From: a virus
Direction: 5' to 3' (one strand)
Length of the DNA stretch: 64,000 bases
Virus record (IMG/VR): IMGVR_UViG_3300009181_007093
How positions within the stretch are numbered: the first letter of the stretch is position 1; every line of letters starts with the position of its first letter. Below the pieces are notes generated by a model that had not been told where the DNA came from, did no database searches, and worked only from the letters and a program-made list of their open reading frames with translations. Shown in pieces: positions 57,154-64,000 of the stretch. Position numbers and translations under genes: made by a program.

Positions 57154-58329
57154 TTAAGTACGCCATCTATTTTGTTTTTTTAGCATCATTTTAGTAACCT
57201 CATAGTTCTCTACTGGTCCTAAGATATCTTCCCAATTATCTTGCTTCATTTCTTCTATAGCCTGCTTTACATAGAAAAAAGCTCGTTCTTCTTTTTCTAT
57301 CAAATTTTTATACTGTGCTAAGACCAATTTCTTTTTATTAAAATCAGTTGTTAAGGCAATACGCATTCCTTCCTGTCCGTTACCAACTATCTGTTCTGGT
57401 GACTCAAACAGTATCCATGGAGTTCCCACCATAGAAGCAAGTCTAGTAGATGCCGTCCAAAACTGAATTGTGAACTCAAGTTTAGAGATAATTGCTAAAG
57501 TAAGCTCTAAATCCCTAGCTTCCGGAAGACTACTAAAATCCACAATATGTTTTACAGGACAAGGCAATACACTTTGTTTTTCGCCAAGCCATATCGGATT
57601 GTATCCTTGCTCCTCAAGATATAATATCAAGTATCGATAAAATTCACTTGTTAAATTTCGCCCATAACACACACGACCTCTTGCGAAAATACCAACAGAG
57701 TTTGGCTTTAAATACTTTTTTGCTAACTCTAATGATTTTAAACTCGGTCTTGGTATCTGAACAGCAAATTTTTTATGATAAGGAATATCATTAAGTAAGC
57801 CTCTCTCTATATCGCACGAGTTACATGATGGACATTTTGACTCATGTTCGTTATCGCCCCAGAAATTAGAACATGATCTACAAGTATTGCCCAAACAAAT
57901 TGTACCCATCGAAAAACCTTTATAAACAATTCCATGCTCCTCTAACAAATCTTCTAATTTTTTTATGTTTTTAGAAGTGTTTTGAAAAGCAAGAGAATAT
58001 TCTCTCATGCCTTGGAATTGCTCTTCAATTTCCCAGAACTCATCAACTAGATGCCTGTATAAATATTCTCTTCCATACCAACCAACACACACTACATAAC
58101 ATCCAGGATATTTTTGTATAATTTTAGGGATACAATACATTAAAGCAAGAGATTCACATCCAAATTCACTAAAACAAGTTATAAAAAGAATTCTTTTTTT
58201 ATCACTTGGCATTACTCTTTTATTGAATTTAAACTTACGAAGCTTAATCTCTTCTATTTTTTCTTCTTTTTCAATAATTTTACCATCACCAGGATTCCTG
58301 ATGTGCGTTTTTAGCAATTTCATTTTCAT
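57154..58329 (-). CDS. GT-B/GT9-like hypothetical protein with zinc-ribbon insert
   Basis: SEFG.E, GWYGREYLYRHLVDEFW, CRSC..CPSC, TRLASMVGTPW. Confidence 0.55.
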   Translation of the reverse strand: MKMKLLKTHIRNPGDGKIIEKEEKIEEIKLRKFKFNKRVMPSDKKRILFITCFSEFGCESLALMYCIPKIIQKYPGCYVVCVGWYGREYLYRHLVDEFWEIEEQFQGMREYSLAFQNTSKNIKKLEDLLEEHGIVYKGFSMGTICLGNTCRSCSNFWGDNEHESKCPSCNSCDIERGLLNDIPYHKKFAVQIPRPSLKSLELAKKYLKPNSVGIFARGRVCYGRNLTSEFYRYLILYLEEQGYNPIWLGEKQSVLPCPVKHIVDFSSLPEARDLELTLAIISKLEFTIQFWTASTRLASMVGTPWILFESPEQIVGNGQEGMRIALTTDFNKKKLVLAQYKNLIEKEERAFFYVKQAIEEMKQDNWEDILGPVENYEVTKMMLKKQNRWRT

Positions 58330-58330
58330 T

Positions 58331-58525
58331 TTATTTATTTCTTATATTTACTGTGCGCAACATCTTAACATTACCGCTACATCTCAAGCATCGAAAAACT
58401 CTGGGCTTCCCACACGATGAACAACCACTACGAACTTCTTTTAAGTGCTTTAAATCATCTGCGGAACCTGTTGACATTTCTATCCAGCCGCATTTGCAAC
58501 GAAAAGTGAAAGGCTTTGTTTCCAT
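58331..58525 (-). CDS. Small zinc-finger protein
   Basis: CKC, CSSC, CLRC. Confidence 0.65.
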   Translation of the reverse strand: METKPFTFRCKCGWIEMSTGSADDLKHLKEVRSGCSSCGKPRVFRCLRCSGNVKMLRTVNIRNK

Positions 58526-58542
58526 GCAATAAAAGAGTATTG

Positions 58543-59673
58543 TTACTTTTTTATTATTTTAAAAACTCTTTTAATCTCTCTGTCGTTGATGCATTCCCAC
58601 AATTTATCCTTAGAAGAATCTTCACTGTCAGAGTCTAAAGAAAGGCTACCTAATTGAAAGTTATAGGCTCCTTTTCCTAGCTTTCCGCCGCCTCCACCAT
58701 ACTGACCACCTAGCTCTTTGCAAATAGAAGGTACGGCTAAAGCTGCGTTGCTACTACGTACTGATCCTTCTACTTTGTTTCCATCAATAACGGCAAAAGC
58801 AACAGCAGTTTCTACACTTTCCCAAGAAAGCATTTCATCAGCAACTGCCGCTATTAGATCTCGATTATTATTCGTTATTAATCCAATTCCATGTATTAGT
58901 ATACCGTCCTTAATAATATCATGTGCTTTTTGAGCAACACATGCTCTTGCTTGCACCCACTCCCTAGGATGTTTATACTTCGTTATTTGCTTTAATGCAT
59001 TTGAGTTTCTAAAGTTAAAAAGTTCTGAATAAGCTATATGTTCAAATTCAGTTGTGTCATCTGATGTCTGGTAATCGGTATCAGTTATAATTCCAACCAA
59101 CAAAGCTGTGGCCGTTTTTGAATCAATATCGTTGTCTTCTTCAAAAACAACACCATGTTGCTTTATTAATTGATAAACTGTGGCACAAACACTTCCGGCT
59201 CTTAAGTTTAGATATAAACCTTTAAAAGAACTATTAGGAGGATCTTTGTGATGATCAATTACCAAGTCAAAAACAGTGCCATCAGGACAAGCAGCATATG
59301 CTGGAACTACATCCACAGAAATCTTAATATCATATGTGCTTAAATCGTAATCAGAATAAAGTTTCAATTCTGGATCTAAAAGATTTGCCATTCTTTGGTT
59401 TTGAGGATGTGAAATAAAACCATCATAAAAACAGTCGATGTCTATATTATCATACGCCTTTTTTAGCATCCAAGATAATCCCATCTGCCCTCCAATGGCG
59501 TCAGGGTCGGCGTAAGGATGAGAAAATATAGCTACTTTTACTGAGCCTTTTTCAAAAACTACTTTTTGTATTTTATCTGATAAGAACTTGTGGCACTTTG
59601 CAACAGTTGTTTCTCTTATTTTTTTACGAATATTTTTATCGGGTAAAACGTCATCCTCTTTTTTTTTATTCAT
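58543..59673 (-). CDS. DHH/DHHA1 phosphoesterase (NrnA-like)
   Basis: H..ADPDAIG, VDV, IDHH, GIITDT, GSVRS, GGGGG. Confidence 0.9.
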   Translation of the reverse strand: MNKKKEDDVLPDKNIRKKIRETTVAKCHKFLSDKIQKVVFEKGSVKVAIFSHPYADPDAIGGQMGLSWMLKKAYDNIDIDCFYDGFISHPQNQRMANLLDPELKLYSDYDLSTYDIKISVDVVPAYAACPDGTVFDLVIDHHKDPPNSSFKGLYLNLRAGSVCATVYQLIKQHGVVFEEDNDIDSKTATALLVGIITDTDYQTSDDTTEFEHIAYSELFNFRNSNALKQITKYKHPREWVQARACVAQKAHDIIKDGILIHGIGLITNNNRDLIAAVADEMLSWESVETAVAFAVIDGNKVEGSVRSSNAALAVPSICKELGGQYGGGGGKLGKGAYNFQLGSLSLDSDSEDSSKDKLWECINDREIKRVFKIIKK

Positions 59674-59802
59674 TTTAATAAGTGAACCGTATCAACATTC
59701 ACTAAAAAACAATTTTATTAGGAATTGAATTCTAACTGTAACAAAAATTCCTAAAAAAGTCAATGAAGAAAGATAGCTATTATCAATTACAAAAATCAAA
59801 TA

Positions 59803-60414
59803 TTAGATTTTTTTAGATTTTTTTTCATTCCCTGCGGAGAACCTTCCACCTGACAAAGAATTGCTTAGCTTATCTATTTCTTTTCTTAAAGATTTTATTT
59901 TTGACATTGCATCTTTTTCTGCAGAATCTTTTTTGCCTGAATCTTCTTTAGACAACAAAGCACTTAATTCATTTTCTAATTTATTGAATTTTTCTTTTAG
60001 CTTTTCCAATTTTTCTATTGCTTCGCCGCCCATAGCCCAGTTTTGAGTAACATTTACAGCTCCGTCTTCTCCTACTGTGCTTGGTCGAATTGGATTGTGT
60101 GAGTTAGCTAAAACCTTAGTGCTACGTTTAGAGTCTGCACTCGTGCTTTCTTTTTTTACGTCTAGAGTGCTGTTAAATAAAGGATTTGCTTTGTTTGATA
60201 ATCTTAACCAGTATTCTGAGTCTACTTCATTAAGAGGCTTATTCTTTCCAGATTCTTCGGACGAATATTGACCAAAAAAGTCTGTGGAGGTGTCTGGAGC
60301 GTCTGCGTTATCGGCTGTATTCTTGGCAACATCATCAAAAATTCCTTTTTGCAATGCTGCATCCCATATTTTAGAGTACTTGTCTATATCATCCTGCATA
60401 CTGCTCATTATCAA
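59803..60414 (-). CDS. Hypothetical coiled-coil protein
   Basis: GGAGG RBS; CTATATAA upstream. Confidence 0.7.
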   Translation of the reverse strand: MIMSSMQDDIDKYSKIWDAALQKGIFDDVAKNTADNADAPDTSTDFFGQYSSEESGKNKPLNEVDSEYWLRLSNKANPLFNSTLDVKKESTSADSKRSTKVLANSHNPIRPSTVGEDGAVNVTQNWAMGGEAIEKLEKLKEKFNKLENELSALLSKEDSGKKDSAEKDAMSKIKSLRKEIDKLSNSLSGGRFSAGNEKKSKKI

Positions 60415-60431
60415 TCCTCCAAAGAGTTTCT

Positions 60432-61040
60432 TTATTTTATATAGGGAAGAACTAGCAAAGAATCTATATCTATTTTATTAACTTTTTTATCATAAAATTG
60501 CTCCAGCCATCCTTTTTTGTTTCCAACGTATTCTGTATGCCCTGATAAGAACCGATTAACCGCATATCTTGTAGACTTAACATACGAATCACTCAAAAAC
60601 GCTTCCTGTAAATTGTTATTTTTTGGAGAATATTCACTTCCACATCGTAAAAGTATTGTAAAAAGAGACCTTCTCATTGATTTAATTGTCCACCATTTAG
60701 ATGGAGATATCCACATAATAGATTTTCTTTGAGTCGGACCATACTCCGATAAAATATCAATTCCTAACTTTTTTTCTATTTTCTCCATAAAGGACGCTAT
60801 GCAATTTCCCTTATTCGGATTATGAGAAAAGAAAAAAATGTCTAAATTATATAATTTTGGATGAAAAACATCTCTACAATATGTCCAATCAACTACATGA
60901 TACTTATCTCCGTCAAACCTTTTATATTGGGCAAAACTTCCTACTTCAGGTTTGTAAGGAGTTCTTATTTGTATAATTTCACTGAACTTCTTCTGTTTTT
61001 TCTGCTTTTTCTTCTTCTGCTTCTTTTTCTTCTTCTTCAT
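60432..61040 (-). CDS. Hypothetical protein (paralog of 34672-35325) with Lys-rich N-terminus
   Basis: Same motifs as the paralog; overlaps the upstream gene by 62 nt. Confidence 0.75.
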   Translation of the reverse strand: MKKKKKKQKKKKQKKQKKFSEIIQIRTPYKPEVGSFAQYKRFDGDKYHVVDWTYCRDVFHPKLYNLDIFFFSHNPNKGNCIASFMEKIEKKLGIDILSEYGPTQRKSIMWISPSKWWTIKSMRRSLFTILLRCGSEYSPKNNNLQEAFLSDSYVKSTRYAVNRFLSGHTEYVGNKKGWLEQFYDKKVNKIDIDSLLVLPYIK

Positions 61041-61533
61041 TTTCTTCCTTCTTGGAATCTACCGTTAACTTAGATTCCATTCTAAGTGTTGTTCCTGAAC
61101 TGTCTAAAAAATCATCTAAATTCTTTATGTTTATAATCTCCCAATGTGGATCATCTATTGGAACGTATTCTTTTTTAGTATAATAAAATGACTCCATCTG
61201 ATATTTATACACTTTAGCTTCAACTTCTTCTGGAGTCATGCCTGAATACAAGTCTGAACATATATTCTTACACACTCTAATTGCATCTTTCTCTATGGCA
61301 CCGCCTAACTTTATTAGAACTTGAATTGCCGCCTGTACTTTACCTTCTTTGTTATAAAGAAGATCTATTATATCTAGTTTCATTCGACCATCAATAAATT
61401 CAGCTATAGCAGTAAATTTCGCTATAATTTCACCTTTACACGGTTTGTTCCTTCCACAAACTTTAAAATACTCAGTAAAGTTTGAACCGTTTATTTCCAA
61501 AACATCATCTTTTTTTTCTTCAACTTCATTCAT
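60979..61533 (-). CDS. Hypothetical protein
   Basis: ORF downstream of dnaE. Confidence 0.7.
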   Translation of the reverse strand: MNEVEEKKDDVLEINGSNFTEYFKVCGRNKPCKGEIIAKFTAIAEFIDGRMKLDIIDLLYNKEGKVQAAIQVLIKLGGAIEKDAIRVCKNICSDLYSGMTPEEVEAKVYKYQMESFYYTKKEYVPIDDPHWEIINIKNLDDFLDSSGTTLRMESKLTVDSKKEENEEEEKEAEEEKAEKTEEVQ

Positions 61534-61543
61534 AGCATTATTC

Positions 61544-64000
61544 CTATTGTTGTTTTTTCATTGTACATTTTTCAAATTGCATAAGACAGTCTTCTTGTGT
61601 AATTGTATTATCTATTACTCCTTTTTTCATTATAGCAACTCTAAAATCATCTTTTTTATCAGATGTATTTTTACCACGACGGTTAGGCTTATGTTGGTTG
61701 CTTTCTAACGAAAAAGTAAAAAACCCATTTGAAGGTGCCTGTAGCCTCAATCTAAGTAAGTTACCTACTAAAAATTCTTCTTTCCATCTTTCCCAATCAT
61801 CTTGCCAAATAATTATTTTGTTTTCTTGTCCTGTAATATCCTCTGCGGTCAAATGATAGTATACTGTTCCTTTCTTACTTTTAGTCTTATTGGTCTTAAT
61901 AACACACACCTCAACTGGTCCAACTGAGGCACTTGGTGACCCTTTTTCCGAGTTATTTGTTACTGTAGAATAATCTCTTAAGTTATTAAATGTTAATTTA
62001 ACGTTATGATCTGGGCTGAATTCTAATGGATGTGCCAAGGAAAACCCATAATACTTCCTCTCACATGCTATGTAATTTGATATTTCCTCCTCTGTTTCGG
62101 CATCTAATTTGGCATCTAAATCATTAAAATCACCGAGTTTTGGTGAGTTTTTTTCATTATTTTTATTTTTTTCTATTGATCTATTTCTTTTGTCCCACAA
62201 CTTTTTAAAAGAATTAAGAGGGTTAAAGCTTTTCTTATTCTTAACTTTTTTGTAGTATACAACAATTTCTTTTTCTATAGTAACGCCACAATCTAAAGTA
62301 ACTGTGCCATTGGTTAGCTTTGCAATTGCACCGTCTTCATCTTTTTCGCATTTAATGCTACCTTCAACATAACGAACCTCTTCGACATCATACTTCTTCC
62401 AATAGTCCAATTTATAAGGGTTGGTGCTTTTTATATCAGATAGGTTAGTTGTTTCATTTGGAAATAAAGATTTAAACTCATTGTCATATTTTAGCATAGT
62501 CGCTATATGTCTTTTTTGCTTTTCTTCTTTTTTCTTGAAATAATTTTTATATTTTTCTGCAAACCTCCAAAGCGTTACAGGGTCACTTTCAGTAAAGCAT
62601 CGCAATCCTATCAATGGCTTTAAAACATTTGCCTCTGTTCCGAACCTTTCAAGAAAGTCTTCAAAATCTTTATACGGTTGACACTCTATAATTCTTGTGG
62701 CGGGAGCTTCACCAATACCTTTAATGTTAGAAAAACCAAAGTATATAATGTCTTCTTGCAAATCAAAACTTATTTTTGACCTATTTATATTCAAACCACA
62801 GACTTGCACACCATGCCCTTTTGCTTCCATTTTGTATTCTTTTATTTTTTCACTTGATTTTTCGCACCTTAAGATACTAGTGTAAAATTCATTTGGATAG
62901 TGAGATTTCAAGTAAAGAAGATAAGAAGAAATATATGTATATGCAACAGCATGACTGTTGCTCGTTACTATTCCGTTGGGCAAAATAAAGTTGTGTGTTC
63001 GATTGGAAACTTCAAGATCGTACATTTGATGCCTGCCCATGGGCAAGACTCGTAAAATTTTCCTAGACACCAGACTCCCGGTATTGGAGATTGAAGCATG
63101 TTCTGAAATACTTCCCACCAATCCAACGCCATTCTTCCCGTGCTGCTGTGGAAGCATGACATGCCCACTCTTATTAACATCACATCTTTTCTTCTTAAAC
63201 ACTCTTCGTTCAACATGGCATCTCGCTGTTGAACAATCGGCAACCGAAAATTTATTGGTTTGTTGCTTTGATGCTCGTAAAAATGATAAAATCCGTCTAC
63301 TTCTATCCAAATTTTTCCTTTCGTCATATCTACCTGCTTCCACTTTCGATCCGACCTTTTCCCACAACGAATTTTCTTGGTTCCCCATTTTAACTGGGCA
63401 CGCAACCAAGCTTCCATTTTTGATCGTTTTGGACTTTTCCATGCAGCTTCTGTGCATTTTGCAAATTTTTCTGGGTTTTCTTCTCTCCACTTTTTCAATC
63501 GTTCTGCTCTTTGTGCTTGTATCTCTGGGCGGGCAGATGTTTTTCTTGCAGAAACAGAAGAGGCTCTCCGATGACCTTCCGAGCGATTTGTCTTTAAATT
63601 CTTTGCTTTTATATTTTCTCGTTTTATTCTTTCGCAATCTTCGCAAGTTTTTAGATGCTTGTCTCTCGGAATCATTCTTTGAAATTCTATTTGACATCGA
63701 GATTTGAAAGTCTTTCCGCCGCCCCAGCCCAACCTTCGACACTCTCGACAAGCTGACTGGTGCTTCAGCATCAACGACTTTGATGGAAATATTTCTCCGC
63801 AACGAGCTTTTGATTCTTTTTTTGCTGGCATATTTTTCTCCGTATTCTTTTTCACAAAATATAGAAACATCTTTAGCCAGTATTTCACGAAGCGAAATTT
63901 GTCCATCCTCGGTTAAAAATTTATGATCTATGGTACAAATTATTTCATACCCATCATCAAAAACAACCTTGTGTCCTTCTAATATTCCGTGATCATGTAA
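61544..64000 (-). CDS. dnaE: DNA polymerase III alpha subunit with intein; 5'-partial
   Basis: One open frame from 64000 to the stop at 61544. C-extein starts SHAVAY...YLKSHYPNEFY...NINRS...GFSNIKGIG...ERKYYGF, followed by an OB-fold region. Confidence 0.92.
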   Translation of the reverse strand, partial: LHDHGILEGHKVVFDDGYEIICTIDHKFLTEDGQISLREILAKDVSIFCEKEYGEKYASKKRIKSSLRRNISIKVVDAEAPVSLSRVSKVGLGRRKDFQISMSNRISKNDSERQASKNLRRLRKNKTRKYKSKEFKDKSLGRSSESLFCFCKKNICPPRDTSTKSRTIEKVERRKPRKICKMHRSCMEKSKTIKNGSLVACPVKMGNQENSLWEKVGSKVEAGRYDERKNLDRSRRILSFLRASKQQTNKFSVADCSTARCHVERRVFKKKRCDVNKSGHVMLPQQHGKNGVGLVGSISEHASISNTGSLVSRKILRVLPMGRHQMYDLEVSNRTHNFILPNGIVTSNSHAVAYTYISSYLLYLKSHYPNEFYTSILRCEKSSEKIKEYKMEAKGHGVQVCGLNINRSKISFDLQEDIIYFGFSNIKGIGEAPATRIIECQPYKDFEDFLERFGTEANVLKPLIGLRCFTESDPVTLWRFAEKYKNYFKKKEEKQKRHIATMLKYDNEFKSLFPNETTNLSDIKSTNPYKLDYWKKYDVEEVRYVEGSIKCEKDEDGAIAKLTNGTVTLDCGVTIEKEIVVYYKKVKNKKSFNPLNSFKKLWDKRNRSIEKNKNNEKNSPKLGDFNDLDAKLDAETEEEISNYIACERKYYGFSLAHPLEFSPDHNVKLTFNNLRDYSTVTNNSEKGSPSASVGPVEVCVIKTNKTKSKKGTVYYHLTAEDITGQENKIIIWQDDWERWKEEFLVGNLLRLRLQAPSNGFFTFSLESNQHKPNRRGKNTSDKKDDFRVAIMKKGVIDNTITQEDCLMQFEKCTMKKQQ
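62957..64000 (-). mobile_element. Intein in DnaE (N-terminus outside the window); ends ...YDLEV...HNFILPNGIVTSN before Ser+1
   Basis: Block B ICTIDHKFLT at ~63910-63940; blocks F/G at ~62957-63030; last Asn at 62957-62959. Confidence 0.9.
62968..63831 (-). CDS. Zinc-finger + Vsr/DUF559-like PD-(D/E)XK endonuclease nested in the +1 frame inside the intein
   Basis: GGAG RBS then ATG at 63831 (MPAKK); C/H zinc motifs; KQVD...IWIEVDGFYH...QRD...LIRV nuclease core; TAG at 62968-62970. Confidence 0.85.
   Translation of the reverse strand: MPAKKESKARCGEIFPSKSLMLKHQSACRECRRLGWGGGKTFKSRCQIEFQRMIPRDKHLKTCEDCERIKRENIKAKNLKTNRSEGHRRASSVSARKTSARPEIQAQRAERLKKWREENPEKFAKCTEAAWKSPKRSKMEAWLRAQLKWGTKKIRCGKRSDRKWKQVDMTKGKIWIEVDGFYHFYEHQSNKPINFRLPIVQQRDAMLNEECLRRKDVMLIRVGMSCFHSSTGRMALDWWEVFQNMLQSPIPGVWCLGKFYESCPWAGIKCTILKFPIEHTTLFCPTE

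Noticed and set aside
63039-63707. 222-aa plus-strand ORF as a third overlapping gene
   Set aside because: No motif or clear RBS; most simply a by-product of the constrained dual-coding region, though not formally excluded.
61544-63802. Treating the track's 752-aa ORF as a complete protein or as the C-half of a split intein
   Set aside because: The frame continues without a stop to 64000 and includes intein block B, so the TTG at 63802 is internal.
1-64000. Alternative genetic code (stop reassignment)
   Set aside because: Conserved genes are full length in the standard code, and TAA, TAG and TGA all end genes at expected positions.
1-64000. Bacterial chromosome or eukaryotic giant virus origin
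   Set aside because: Housekeeping homologs are isolated from their operons among many unknown ORFs, and the SD sites, sigma-70 promoters and dnaE are bacterial-type. No capsid or terminase gene is in the window, so phage origin remains an inference.

Overview
AT-rich, gene-dense segment, mostly on the minus strand and in the standard genetic code. It is best read as part of a large (jumbo/huge) tailed dsDNA phage genome, with a probable Planctomycetota host; both assignments are inferences from gene content. It carries a >1,500-aa Gly-X-Gln collagen fibre gene that runs off the left edge and is missed by the ORF track. Host-takeover genes include clpX, dnaJ, a groES-like gene, infC, rpsU/bS21, def, two csrA copies, a sigma-70-like factor, a stand-alone RNAP alpha-CTD and phoH. 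There is a scattered glycan-modification set (GT2s, GT-B-like proteins, DUF5672, gmhA, an rfbB-like dehydratase, methyltransferases), a ThDP 2-keto-acid decarboxylase near an aldehyde dehydrogenase, a ParB-like protein, a minimal ATP-dependent ligase, and the 3' part of an intein-containing dnaE. The most striking structures are: (1) a DnaE intein whose reading frame stays open while a separately initiated Vsr/DUF559-like endonuclease gene is overprinted in the +1 frame across almost all of the intein segment visible here; (2) a group I intron-containing tRNA-Leu(UAA) gene split by an ~825-bp insert that brings its own intronless tRNA-Leu(UAA), an HNH endonuclease and a decayed gene; (3) a tnpB-deleted IS200/IS605 mini-element that keeps its omega-RNA end; and (4) a 4 x 51-bp palindromic repeat array and an unassigned three-way-junction RNA. 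All product calls come from motif recognition by eye; no database searches were run.
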